A stretch of DNA of 64,000 nucleotides from Podarcis filfolensis (taxonomy: Eukaryota), in NCBI GenBank assembly GCA_964270895.1, contig OZ185443.1, one strand, 5' to 3'. Positions 50,338-63,932 of this stretch are shown in pieces. Position 1 is the stretch's first letter, and every line of letters starts with the position of its first letter. The position numbers and the translations under genes were made by a program. The notes beneath the pieces were generated by a model. It made no database searches and had not been told where the DNA came from. It saw nothing but the letters and a program-made list of their open reading frames with translations.

Positions 50338-52885
50338 ACTTAATCTGTCCTATTGTAATTGTTATTTTAAATGTATTTTTTACTTTGCACATAGCCCAGA
50401 AAACCCTTTATTGTTGGGTAGCTAATAAATTGAATCAAGGATGAATAAGGAATGTCTGCTTAACATCCCTAGTTGCATGGTGCATATCTTAAATTTTATT
50501 CCGTTACAGTCAACAGGATTGCTTACGTGAATAAGCCTTTGTTAATTATAGAAGATTCGGTAAAAGAGTCCTTGCGCCTTAGAGTCATCAAGGATGTTAT
50601 AAACAGCAATAGAAAAATGAAAATGCTCCAATTATGAGTTGAGTGAAGAGCAGCATTTTAATCCTCATTTGAATTGGAGTGGCAGATGCTGTTAATTTGT
50701 GTATGAGTGTCTGTGATCTTTCCCACAGTGTAAAATTAGCCAATTGCTTGTCTGGTGAATCAGTCAACCCCTTTGTTCACTGTGAAGATGTGAATACACT
50801 AGCTATTTTAACTCTGGCCGAGGCTTCCTCAGTTGCTGGGTTTCCCCCAGCAGATCTTTGGAGATGAATCTGCTCATGAAATAAAGCCATTTTTATGCTT
50901 TTTTAGTACGCACAGAGTATTTGCCAAAGAAGTATCTGTGAACACACACTGAGGCAACACCACCCTACTTCCTGTTCTGAATGGCTAAAACGAACGATAA
51001 ACTGTAGTACTGCTCAAGGTAGGAGGAATTCTCTGCCAGAACCTATTTATCACTTTGCTGGCTTTGTACCATTAACATCCGTCTGAAGTTAAACGAGAGG
51101 GTTATAAGAAGAGTTTTCTCTTCTCTCTTCCTTCAGCCCTGCCAGCGATAGTGTCTTGTTTAAAGATTAAAATAGATGCTCAGTGTTCAGCCACTGAATT
51201 TTCCCATCTATCTGAAAAGGCAGTGGAGGCGCTATCTAACTTTGACTCAGGTGCTTGCTGATGGTACTTAGTTAAATACTAACACCCATCTGTCCTCTCC
51301 GGGGAGAGTGGGGCTTTTAGTCAATTTGGAATTAAAGTAAGCACATCTAGCTGGCAGCTTATAAATGGTTTCCCGCACATAAAAGCAGTTTTAATGTTAA
51401 CATAGTTTGTCATTTTCATATCTGTTTTGAACCCAGTTTCCTCTGTGTCTGGGAAACAGACTTAAAGCTGAATATATTAAAATAATGTGGACTTTCTATA
51501 TGCAGAGCCAGAACACAGGCATTTGAAAATAATGTAGTAGTAATTTCCCTCCCAAAAAACTCAAAAGTATTTAAATAGTACTGAGCAATGGGCAGCATTT
51601 CTGCCTTCTGTGATTTTTTGACCTTGAAAAATATGCTGAACACCTACTTAATGTATATATATGCATTGCTCTCCCCATTCCACTTGGAATGACAAACCAC
51701 AGAATAGGCTGAAGCAGATTCCAGAATTTACCAGCCATACCATAGTTATTTGTTCGGCAGTGTAACAACATAAGGAGTCACTGGGCAACGCTGTAAATTT
51801 TTGAGTTTAGAAATAACAATGTCCAGAACAAAGTGATACATTGTCTATTATAGCCACCAAACTAAACTGAAATAAATAGGAATGGAAGTATTATCAGAGT
51901 TTTGAACATACTGAAAAATATTTACAGGCACTTCCCCACTCAAGAGCGATCAGCACATGTGTGACTTAATATGTTGGAAGCATGTCTCTGAAAGTTATTT
52001 ATAGCAAGGTGTGTTCCCAAGACACCCAGTGGAGCTTGCTCTCAGTAGCTGAGCACAGGACCACAGACTTAGGAGTAAGGCCCTTTGAACTCAATGAGAA
52101 TTACTTCTGAGTGTACATGTATAGGATTGCACTGTTAACTTGTATTTATTGCTAATTTGGGCAGCTACTCAAACCATATATGTTGACCATTTTATGAACC
52201 TACCAGATATGTTTTAACAGTACAGCTTTGTCTTGTAGCAGTGTTTTCATTTGTTTCATAAAATTATCATGAGGACATTATCTGTTGCCATTTCTTACTG
52301 AAAGCTGGTAACTGCCCTTGGGGTTACTAAATTGTTTTAACAATTTAACAAATAGCTGGATTGGGCCAGATTGATTCAATTAACGAGCTCTCCCTCAATG
52401 ATTCATTGTTTTATTTCACCTGATGGTAGCTTTGCTGTAAGCTAAAAACACAGACCTACTGTGATAGAACTACACGGTAGTTTCTCTTTGCTTGGTTTAT
52501 GAAAACAAAAAGATTCCTATATTTATACTTGAAGAACATCAGAAGGTATTGCTGTTCTTGACTGTTTCTTTGATGTGAGTGGTTTTAAATGAAGAAATGT
52601 TGGTATTAAAAGCTTCTCATCATAAAGGAAAAGTTTGCTGATGGTGACCCCAGTATTCATTATTTGCTATCTTTGCACTGCGCCGTCTTCCTTTCCCATT
52701 TTCATGCATATAAATGTGGCTTTAAAAAAATACAGTAGCACAAACGCCAATGAAAAACATATGCACTTACTTTTGAGTTCAGCTTCTTTTTTCAGAGCAT
52801 TAAAAGCTTAAAACTGCAATCCTATGCCCACTAATCTGCAAGCAAACCCCGTTGAACTCATTGGGACTTGCCTCTGTATAGACAG

Positions 52886-53105
52886 CAAGGCCGGCCCTAC
52901 CCTTAGATAATGAGGCAGCATGTGTTGAGGAAGGGGCGGTAGGTGCTCCCTAAATTCTCCTGCTACCCTCTTTTCAGTGGAGGACACCCCCCTCGTTCAA
53001 GTAATATTCAGCTAACAGTCCAGTTGGCCTCTGTACATGGAATGGTGAGGAGGGGTGTCATCTTGTACTTTGCTTCAGGCAGCAAAATGTCTTGAACCCA
53101 TCCTG
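52886..53105. mobile_element. Old hAT-type MITE inserted into a hairpin-family copy
   Basis: CAAGGCCGGCCCT...AAAATGTCTTGAACCCATCCTG; the hairpin sequence resumes after it (agacatgcatcggattgtgctg). Confidence 0.6.
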
Positions 53106-54210
53106 GCAGACATGCATCGGATTGTGCTGCAGATCATGAAACCACTTCATCTTAAGCAAACCGACTCACCTCTGCAGATTTGCTTTTTCACTTATCTCAG
53201 GTATGTGAACATTAAGTATAGAGAGATGTCCCTTGTTTCAGTACTTTGTAAGAATTATTTGAAGAATAGTCTGCCAGGTATGTAACACACATGAAATTCC
53301 AGAACAACTTTTTTTGGTTATGTTACTAGATGGTTGCAATGTTGTGTTGCACATTTCAGGCATCCTTGCTTTTCACTGGAGTGTGGGTGTCTGTTTGGCC
53401 TGATGATTTTCCTTGCTGCCCCTGCTCAAAATTTCTGACAGTTCAGGTAGGCCTGTGATATTCCCAGCTCCCACCTGTGCAGGCTGATAGAGGCTTTTGC
53501 AAAAGCCTGACCCAATAATGTCATCTAGATTGCATGACCTGGACACTCCACTTCTTGAGCCACAAGCAGTCTGGAAATAGACCAGCTAGTTTTCTCAAGG
53601 CCTGATTTTAAGGGTAAAAATCTGGCATAAAACAAAAAGTACAGATTCACAGAGAAATTCAAAAGTGTTAGAGAGTATAAAACATATATAAAAGATTAAC
53701 ACATACACACAAAAACAAGAAAAGAAGAAAATAACTACAGTTCAACAGACTGTTTTGTATTACAAAGCAAAATATTTGATCAAAATTTTTATTTGAAAAA
53801 CTAACACCTACCTTGACCTGCTGCAAAAAATAAAAGAACGCTAAACGCTTTGCCTATCAATTTGTGACAGTATTAAATATTATTGACATTTTCAACGGAC
53901 AGTGGCAGGAAGTTGGCATAGCTACATGTACGTACAAGGCTGTGTGTAATGCACAGTGCTCCCTCCACACCCCTGTCCGTCATAATGACAGGCGTTTCCC
54001 TAGTTTAAAGATAAACATAACTGAACATTTTATTCCCATATGAACTTGGTATAATAGAATGAAAGTGTGTCTGTTTAAAAGATCTCCCCTTTCCGTTTGC
54101 AGCTGGCGTCAGTGGCAAGTAATTTTGAGCAGAGACTTCTAGATACTTTGGATTGTTCCATGTTTATAAATCTACAGGCTGTGGGAATTTGCCTCTCTTT
54201 GCTGTAATGA

Positions 54211-55079
54211 TTGCTCACCCATCCATCAGTGGGCGCCCTTTGCGGGGCACAGCACCCCCGATCCTCTGGAGACTCACCAGATGGTCACGCTGGCCCGCCT
54301 TCCTGTGTTCCGGCCATTGGGGTTCCCGCCAAACCCCAGTTCAAATGAGCCAACCCGTGGTGTTGGTGGAGGCGGGGCCAGCTGAGCGGGCCAAGACTGA
54401 GCAGACTTTGCTCCAGTCCGCTTTAGGGGTATAATAAGAGGCGGAGCCAACCTGGGAGCACGCAGTTGGCTCCGGAGCTTCACCTACCCAACCCTCCCTT
54501 GTTTAATGCTTGATGACAGATTAACCTTTTCTTTTCAGGTCAGTGGGCGTTCCTATCATCTTAAGATGGCTGCTGTTAAAGAACCAGGAAGGAATTTCCC
54601 CTGCCGCGCAGGTTTTGCCTTCCCTGTAGCAATTGTCACAACTTTGGTGGTTTTAGACCTTGAGCGGAATCCTTTAGTCTATCTTCCCTAGAAGGGGGGT
54701 GTGTGTGAAGCGGTGACTCACCCCCACCCCCGCGGTGGTGATTCTAGGGTTCCCCATTAAAGGGGTTTTGTTTGAGGGGAGTCACTGACCATACACTGAA
54801 AGGTTGTCAGTGAACTCCCCAGAGTTGCAAGGGAAAGGGGTCTGGCTGCCTGCATAAACAAAAATCTTGCAGTCTCCCCTCCCCGGATCCAATTAACCCT
54901 GCTGTGCCTCAGTCTCCGGGCTGGGGGGCTGGGAGGGATACAGGCCCAATGCCTAAGCCAAGGTCTTTCTACATCTGAAAGTTTTAATAAAGTTGTGGCC
55001 AATTTAATCCCATAACACGTTGTTGTGAGTTATTCTGGGTGATCTCCTGGGGGTTGTGTAGTCTCTGCCTGGACACGCA
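54211..55079 (+). mobile_element. Non-coding retroelement terminal-repeat remnant (DIRS/Ngaro-like or solo-LTR-like)
   Basis: GC/CpG-rich block flanked by AATGA on both sides; GC box, TATAATAA, AATAAA about 90 bp from the 3' end; family assignment is inferred. Confidence 0.55.
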
Positions 55080-56182
55080 AATGAATTCCTTCTAGGTTCA
55101 CTGCTTAGTGGGGCACCTGAAGATATAAGGCCTTCTTGCACCTATAGTGTCTTCCCCCCTTTTTGTTTTCCTTCTTTGATTATATTCCATTTGGAATTGC
55201 TACTATTTTCAAATTGGGGGCATGATGTGGAGATATTGCTCCTGCAAGTAGTTTTTTAAAAAGCCATCTAGTAGGCACATCCTGTGAATTTGCCAGACTT
55301 CAAAGACTATAGTTAGAAGCTTGAAACCCTATTTCTTTGCCATTAACAGTGCTTTTTAGTTAAGAACCAGAGCAAGAAATTAAATAAGGAGATCTTCCAA
55401 GAAGGTTGTGGTTCTTCTCATGGTGGTCTCTTTCCACTAAGCATTCATTATCCTGTTTATAGTGAGACCAAACAGATAGGTACACTCTAATGAACAGAGC
55501 TTTAAGCAGCCACAGATAGCAGACTGTCCTTCAGAGCAACCAAAAATAAATTGTCATAGACTTCACCCTGCCAGCGTAGTTAATAGTTTTGGTTCCTATA
55601 AGTAATGTTTTGTTTCTTTCAAAGCTTTTATAACAGGGGCTGGCTGGGTTTCTTTCTGTGGGTGGTGAAGGTTTTCATGGACCTGCACTTTGGTGGTTTC
55701 TTGGTAGCTTGGGTGTGTCTTCTGCTGGAAATGTATAGGTATGGAAACAGTTTCCTCCCTGCTGGACAGCTCATATTTCTCAGGGCATATGTAGCGTTGT
55801 AGAACACAAAGTTGGTAATAATTGTTCAATGCTTAATTCAGCACAAAGGCTTGGATGTATTACGGAGACCCGACTGGATGGTGCATTTGAGCTGGTGCTT
55901 ACTCAGTTGTTTCCAGACCTAATGATTTCCACACTTTCTGTCCTCAGGGAACGCTTTCCATGTTGACATTTGCCAAGGCATTCTTCTGTGCAGTTAAAAT
56001 TTCTGTAGCATGTTCTCTAAGATGTGCAGTGTGTTCACAAAGAATACGGGCCAAACCTATTGGGCACTTCACATGAGCTGATATTGTGCTTAGGACACTC
56101 ATAACAGTTGCCTGCCCCCTACATATTGGGCAGGAACAAGCAATTATATCCCTTGGAAGTGAGGATTGTGGGGTTGTTGATG

Positions 56183-56219
<37 letters not shown>

Positions 56220-56910
56220 TATAGGTAGAAAAAGGAGACAGAGTGTGTGGTTTTCCTTATGGCCACACATAGAGTGAAAGTTAGAAGCTGTGAGCAGAAA
56301 TTGCAACTAATATTCTAAAAGAATTGGCACTGCTAGTGCTATATTAAGATGCCATTTCTACTTTGTGCAAAATATTACCTGATTTCCTGGTGTTTGCTTT
56401 ATGTTTTCATTGCTATTCCTAGCTCCATGTTCACCAAGATGAGTTCAAACTCGAAAAGAAAATGGGATTGTGGGGGGAGATTTCCATTTGGACAGCAACT
56501 GGATATTGTCCAGATGAGGAAACTGGCTAGTGGTATCCTCATGAGCTGCAAAATATATTAAAGCAGACACGACATCTGCTGCAAAACACATATTGTGGCT
56601 GCAAATGCCTCAAACTTGCCAATGCATTTGATTCAGAATATTGCCACCCAAGGGCATTTCTCTGTACCTCTAGCCACATTACATGCCCCCCGTTCCTAGC
56701 TTCTGCAATTTGCAGGTTTCCTCTAGTAGAAGAATTTCATTCTGTGGCTTTGTGAAACAATTATCCTATTTTAAGCATAACCTGAAGGAATTTCCGAAAT
56801 TAAATCTCTCTTATGCTAAGAAAGGACCATCAGAGAATGGGGAAAGTAGGGCCCTTAGCAGGAGAGTATATTGAGTTTACTGATATTTTTTCTTTCAAAT
56901 ATTAACTTAA

Positions 56911-57460
56911 TGTCAGGAGCGGGTCAGCAATAAATCACATGGCAACAGTGTAATTAAGTCCTTATTTAAGGAAACCAGGTCGACTCAGGAGGCCAGGCCT
57001 AGTGAGCACAGCAACTCTTCCTGGTAGATCTTATCCCTATAGGGGGAGATGTGGGGACTGAAGATCCTTGCCTTCCCACAGTTCCCTGTGTCTCATCCCC
57101 CCAGGTTCTTCCCAAGCAATCTGATACTTCATTGTTGTGCCTGTCTCTTGCTCCACCCTCTTCATACCTCTTCTGGTTCTGGGAGGAAGGGAGCTGATCA
57201 CCACAGGAGGGGGGAACTCCCTGGCTTCTTCAGCAGCCTGACTCATCTCTGCCTTTTGGCCCCCTCTTCTCCAGCTTCAGCTTCTGCCTCTGATTCTGAA
57301 CTGCTCTCTGCCGCACCTTCTTCCTGCTCACTAAGCCCTGTTGCCTCTTCTGCTTCTGACGCCTCCTCCTCCCAGTCTGCTTCCTCTTGTCCCTCGGACC
57401 ACTCATCGTCTTCTAGCTGGTGCCTCCCACTGCTCCTCTGCATCCAGGCAGTCCATGAGA
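56911..57460 (-). mobile_element. Probable solo LTR (Gypsy-type)
   Basis: TGTCA...CATGA(G)A termini; purine-rich low-complexity interior; no clear TSD. Confidence 0.45.
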
Positions 57461-58660
57461 ATTATTATTTTACATTCCCCTCATTCTATTTTATAGGGAA
57501 GGGTTTTGAAAGAAAATGCAGGAATATCCAAACAGATAAAAACCAACGGATTTGCACTGTTTAAAAGAAAAGAAGAGGCATCTGTGCAAATAACAGGCTT
57601 GCTGATAGAGCAGGGGATGAAATCCGCACCTGTATTGGTTTTTGTTTATTTAACAAAGAACCAGGAGGGGAAACATTTTTGCAACAGACTGATCAGGCTT
57701 TATCTGTACCCCTTGGCAAATAAAATGGAGGGCGGAGAAAGAGAGAGCGGTGTTAGCATCTTTTATTGAGTGTTTTAGAAGTAACTGACTAGTAAGGCCC
57801 ATTCCCTTGTTTTTTGGGTTGTTTAATATTTCTTTCCCTATTTCTACTATGTGTAATGTATGGCTACGGTTCCAATAAAATTATTCAATTGTTAATGAAA
57901 ATCTTGCGTGACAACCCTTAAATGTAGAATGCACTGGAGTAACATCACTAGATATCAGCTCTTAATAGTTTTTTTTTATTAGTAATCAGTAACATTGAAT
58001 TTAAATATTAATTGTTGTTATGAGTCTTGGCCTCCAATTTGCATCAACTCATTTTTTACTAACATTATATTCATAATAGGAGCACTGTGTAATTAATTCC
58101 AGGCTTCCTTATACCTGGAAATATACATTCAAATCATTGGTACAGTACGTGTTATTCTTACATTGCAGGGGGTTGGACTAGATGACCCTTGGGTTCCTTC
58201 CAACCCTACAATTCTGTGATTCTATGATATTGCCTTCTTTTCTTTCCTGTAACCGCTTGGGATCCTTTCTAATACATTCCAGTTAAAATGACTACAGCTC
58301 TCTTTCTTGGTTTCATATTGCAACTTTCTGTATTGTGTTATACTACACCTTGTTTTCCCGAGACTGCAAACACCTTGGGTATTCAATCTGTAATTTGTTC
58401 CATGCAGTTCATATAGGTGTGAAGTAAATGCAGAGAAGTAACAAGTTTAGGGTAAAAGTGCAGATGCCATCATTCAAAGACTTCTGTTGCAGTTTATCGT
58501 TATGGCAGTGTGGGAGAGAGAAATTATTTCTGTACTGCAAGAATCCTTTAGGGATTCCAAGCTATCTCGGTGTTCTTTGTGCTAGGACACAAAGGGTATT
58601 GTTGCCACTCCCTGCTAGACTCCATCAGCCCTCTCTGCTCCCTATACTCCAAGTGTAATA

Positions 58661-58684
58661 CAGTGGTACCTCGGGTTACAGATG
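58661..58684. mobile_element. Isolated Tigger-MITE terminus
   Basis: ta|CAGTGGTACCTCGGGTTACAGATG with no partner end nearby. Confidence 0.75.
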
Positions 58685-61600
58685 TCACTTATATGAGAAC
58701 ATGTAAAGGAAACATTTGGGAACAGCACTGAATCCTGCACCCTGCCTTGACTTTACCAAGCTTTCTCCTGTCTGCAATGCCCCCTCATACTATAGTGTAA
58801 CAAAACATTAGAAGAGTGTGACAGTGTTGGAAAGTCACATTTGTATACAGATAGGTCACTACCTCAAATCCATTATTCGGGATTCAGCTGTTTGGCTGAG
58901 ATTCTCTTCCTTTCAACGCACTCAGAAACCCACAATGGTAAATAGTATTTGTTCAAAATTTCTCAAGCTCATGTTTTCTGGAGAGATGACACATTGCTTT
59001 TGGCTTACTACTGCCATTTTTCAACCATGCAGACTAGCAATTTTCTCACCACAAGAAAGGTAACTCAGGCTCTAGAGTTTTCCCAGGCGAAGAAATGTGG
59101 AGTGTTCTTTTTAAAAAAAAAAAAGAGAAAAAGGAAAATCCTGAACTTCTAGTGCTAAGAACCAATTTGTTACAATAATTGGTGAATTCTCATCTTGGTC
59201 TAGTAAGAGCTTTAGAAATGCTCTTTCTTCCAATGAAAAAACGAACAGTATTAGTGGAAAGTCATTGCGGCATTTTTCCAGATGGAAAAAGTGAAACTGG
59301 AAAAGTCAACACACTACAAAAAAAGAAGATCCAGCAATTCTGTCTAGTGTGTGAGATTAGCTGTGCAATATTTTAGTGTCGGTTCTGACTTTTGGGGGGA
59401 TGGGGGTGGGGGAAAACAAATACAGAAAAAAGAATTAGAAATATGCCACCATGAGGAGCATTTAATCCCCCCCCCCCGCTAAGCTTCTCTGGTTCATATG
59501 GTGAGTGTGCAGAAGCAAATGTTTTGAATGGAATAAGTTGTACACATCTCCTCAGTTGTAGGATGATTTATTTGCAAAACACACAGAAATTCAGGAAACA
59601 AGAATATATGAACAGTCCTTAGGGATCTGCAGGAACACGAGTTATTTATATAACTAAACTCTTAGGGACCAATGCACTCCAGCAAGCTACTTGGGGACCT
59701 TTGGCTCTATTGCACAAAGCCCTTGAGATTTTGAGCTGACAGCATCCTCTCCCTCTTGACTATGCATTCAATGTCTGCCTCCCCCCCCCCCCGTCATCTG
59801 TTCTTACAGAGTTTGTTTGTCTAGCTCACCTTTCTCTTTCACACGCTTTTTCTGCAGCCAATAACAAAACTACGCTGGAGCCCCAAATGCACGAGCAAGA
59901 AAGCAGTCAATCAGTTTAAAGTCTTTGCTCCGTCACTTGAATGGCTTAGTTTTTAAATGACCTTATTAAGCTTATTTCTTGTTCTACAAGGTGGTCTTTG
60001 ACTAGGGACCCCAGAAGTATTGGGGGGGTTCGAGGTAATGTACTGTTTAAAATTAGAAATTAAATCCAAAAATCCAAACTGCACTCTACAATTCATGATT
60101 ACATAGCATACCCTGCCTTTGACATAGAGTGCGCTGGTCATTCTACAATTTAGATGAAATCTATTTTGGAGGGACTGGCTTGTGTGAATGGTTTATATCT
60201 ACTTAGGAGTGAGTAAATAATTAGTTGTCAACTAAATTTCCTGGTGGAATGTGATTCTAAGCAAACTTGCTACAAAAAAGGACAAATCAGTAGGGTTTAT
60301 ATTCCCAAGTACATGTCTTCAAGACTGAAGAATGGAAACCTCCATATCAACTTAGTAGAGAAGTAAAGTTATGTATTTCTCTAGGGGAAAACACAAAAAC
60401 TGCATGCACCTAATTTTTGGTTAAAATAATTTGGGGGGGACTACCATAACAAATAACAAAATAGACTTGCCTTGGCAATTGCCATAAAAATCCTGGCAGC
60501 AACACCACACACTTTTGTAGCAGACGACGCTTCACGGAATGATAGAACTATTTCATTTGGCCATAAAGTTGTTTTCTCTAAGTGGAATACTGAAAGGCTT
60601 TAGTAAAAAGAAATGACGCAGTATGGGTGTGAAGTAAAAAAGCAAATTTATTTTGGGAAGGAAGCAGACTTTAGTTGTGGACAACTTTAAAGTGTTGCTT
60701 GAAGACCCGATTAGAAAAGTAAATATAGCACATTCTAATTTGAAGAAATACAGACCAGTACTGGGAATGCACAGGGTGAACATTTGAAAAGAAAATGCCT
60801 GTTTATTCTTGTAGTAATATGCTGTGGGACAGAACACCACTACTACTGAATACTTTTTTAAAAAGCCAAATAATGGCTACTCCTCTGAACGTTAGTTAGA
60901 AACTACCCCACAGAAATGCTTTTCAGTGGCATAGGGTGCCCCTGTTCAAAATTTAATAAAGTTTGAATTTGCATTGTCTTACAGATGAGCCCACAAACTA
61001 CTAAGCCTTCAAAAAGGTTAACTAGCTCACCTGCCCACACCCATGTCTGCATTAGTAATTTGTAGCTAAAATGGGGGGTTGTGGGTAAGGAAGAGAGCCA
61101 TAACTTTGCTAAAATGTCCCTTTGTTCCTGTCATAGACTATCAACTAAGAGACAATTTATAAGCCTGCATTACCACTCCTGAGGAATGTTTTGCTTGGGT
61201 GCCATGAACCCACCAGTCTAGAAGTGCGGCAGTTATGTTCTCCTATGTGAAGTTTATTGGTGAAATAGAAGGGTGGGGAGATGACTCAGCAGTCAGCTGG
61301 TGTGTATATTTAAGTCTCTTGAGATCTCAAGGCTCCCCACAATGCATTCTTCTCTTGCAATGCCAGCTGTTGAGGCAGTGAGAGTGCTTTCCTGGCTCAG
61401 AACAGCAGAAGAAAGTTGTTGCCTTGGTTTGCAAACATTGAGTTAGGTACACACCAGGTCTAAACACCGTGCATAATGCCTAGTTTTTGGAAGTCCATAG
61501 TAAACTTTTAAAACAATTGTGAGCATGCTTGTGAAAGCTGTAAGCTGTTTTTCCTCCAAAATGTATCCCAAAATATCCTAAGGAGTTTTTGCTTATGATC

Positions 61601-61835
61601 CTGCATGCCCTTATGTATAAGAAAGCTCCATCGAAAATGGTGGGGTGTGCTTCTGAGTGAACGTTAATAGGATGGGGCTGTGCAATTGTTTCTGTATTTC
61701 AGCCCAAATTCCCACCAATATTTAATGGAGCAGTATGGCTGGTCTACATTAAAGGCCCATTGTCCAGAATGGCTAACGGTGTGTCTGAAGCAGTCTCTCT
61801 CTCATGCTTTCTAATATTATCCCAGACTCGTTATT

Positions 61836-62337
61836 GTTGTTTAGTTGTGTCCAACTCTTCGTGACCCCATGGACCGGAGCATGCCAGGCACTCCTGTCTT
61901 CCACTGCCTCCTGCAGTTTGGTTAAACTCATGCTGGTAGCTTCGAGAACACTGTCCAACCATCTCGTCCTCTGTCGTCCCCTTCTCCTTGTGGCCTCCAT
62001 CTTTCCCAACATCAGGGTCTTTTCCAGGGAGTCTTCTCTTCTCATGAGGTGGCCAAAGTATTGGAGCCTCAGCTTCAGGCTCTGTCCTTCCAGTGAGCAC
62101 TCAGGGCTGATTTCCTTAAGAATGGATATGTTTGATCTTCTTGCAGTCCATGGGACTCTCAAGAGTCTCCTCCAGCACCATAATTGAAAAGCATCAATTC
62201 TTCGATGATCAGCCTTCTTTATGGTCCAGCTCTCACTTCCATACATCTCTACTGGGAAAACCATAGCTTTAACTATACGGGCCTTTGTTGGCAAGGTGAT
62301 GTCTCCGCTTTTTAAGATGCTGTCTAGGTTTGTCATT
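61836..62337 (-). mobile_element. BovB LINE, 5'-truncated 3' end
   Basis: MTNLDSILKSGDITLPTKARIVKAMVFPV...WLDSVLEATSMSLTKLQEAVEDR; possible TSD TCGTTATT (61828-35, 62350-57). Confidence 0.95.
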
Positions 62338-63797
62338 AAGCTGTCATTGTCGTTATTAAGCTGGAATTTTAGGGATATTTGCTTTTTTCTCAAATCTTCA
62401 AAATTAGTGGTGGATACAAAAAGGGAGGTGAGCTTGAGGAGAAGAAGGTGGGAAGACTAGAAAAGTTCAAGTTCAAAAGTTATGCTAGTGATGATCTTCA
62501 TATCCTAGTCTTCCATATCATGTATAAGATTTTCATCAAAAGACTGAGGAAACAATGGATAAATGGAAGCATGATGAGGAGATCTTAGCCTTGATTCAGA
62601 ACAATATAACTGATACAAAAAGAGAGGGAAAGTCAATGTCAAAAAAACTTGGGCCACGAGTGGGTGAGCCAAATTGGAGTCCAGGAAAGAGGCAATGGAG
62701 TTGCATAGGTTGCCTGTAGTTAAACAAAAAGCCAAATCGCCCACATCTCAGAGCTTGAATAAACCAGTGGGAGGAAGCAAGGAAGCTAGAGTCAAACTTG
62801 GGATAAGAAATCTCAAGGGTAGGAGAGTGTAGCCCCTTGGAAAGGCTTTGGAGAGGTCAATGGCGGAAGCTAAATCTCTAGGAGAAAAGCCAAGAATGAA
62901 GGAACAAGACATAGTTGCTGGTCACAGATTCCCCCAGCGACTGTTTTTCACTGGAATTGTTTGTTTTTATTGAACTTTAGAAGCGTGTTTTGCCACTGTT
63001 AGGAGGCAAACATTATGAATTGTTTGTCCAGCTCCTCTCTGGGTGAATTCAAGAGGAAAGAGAAGTTCATGGGCAGAATGCATGGAGCCATTTAAACATT
63101 TTTTTAAAAAAAAGGTTACTTGTGTTCCCGTCTGTTTTCCTTATGGTTCCTATAGCATCTCAGTGTGTCAGTATTTCTACAGTAAACCTCTTTTATCTAT
63201 TTCCTTAAGCTAAAAGATAGATATGAGGAAAAAATTAAATTGTATATATATGTCTGTGTGTATATATTTATGTGTATCTCTCTTTGTGTGTGTGTGTTCT
63301 CATTTTCCAAAAGCATTGATACTCAAAAACCTACCCACTTGAGAATTCAACTCTTGGTTAAGGAAAAATCTAGAGGCTCATTCCATAATTTGTATTATAG
63401 TTGAATATGGTGGCAAATTTACTAGTCTTCCCTCTCTTCCACTTCTAGTTCTTAACATTTCATCACAGTTGTTGTGACCAGGGCCTTGGAGTAGTTCTCA
63501 CTGGGGAGATAAACCTCTTTGTGAAGTTGTAAATGGTGCCATTATACACTGGGAGTTAGGACGTGTTAGAACAAAATCCAGCCGCTTGACATGAGTAAAG
63601 CTAAGCTATAGCCCTTCTTCCAGAAATGTACGTGTGTGTGTGTGTTTATGTGAAGATTTTGCAATGTGAACAGACAGTCTACTGAAGCCCCACATAGTCT
63701 GAAGTGATAATTGTCTTTCAACAACACTGGGGCCAGGGAGGGGTATCAAATTGACTACCCTTGCTCTACTGCTGGATGACTTCGCGTCACTTTGGAA

Positions 63798-63932
63798 GGG
63801 CTATAGCTCAGCTCAGTTGCAGAGCACATGCTTTGCAGGTTCAATCCCCTGAATCTCTGTGTAGGGCTGGGAAAGACTCCTGCTTGAGACCCTGGAGAGC
63901 TGTTGACAATAGTGAGGTAGATGGATCAGTAT
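63798..63932 (+). mobile_element. tRNA-derived SINE (Squam2-like), cut at its 3' end by a Sauria SINE
   Basis: GGGCTATAGCTCAG head, GGTTCAATCCC B-box, gtagggctgggaaagactcctgc body. Confidence 0.75.

Noticed and set aside
57037-57564. Acidic and Ser-rich ORFs on both strands
   Set aside because: Low-complexity purine-rich interior of an LTR-like element; no splice or domain support.
62440-62520. KVGRLEKFKFKSYASDDL resembling an L1 RT YADD motif
   Set aside because: A single degenerate motif without flanking RT motifs; too weak without a profile search.
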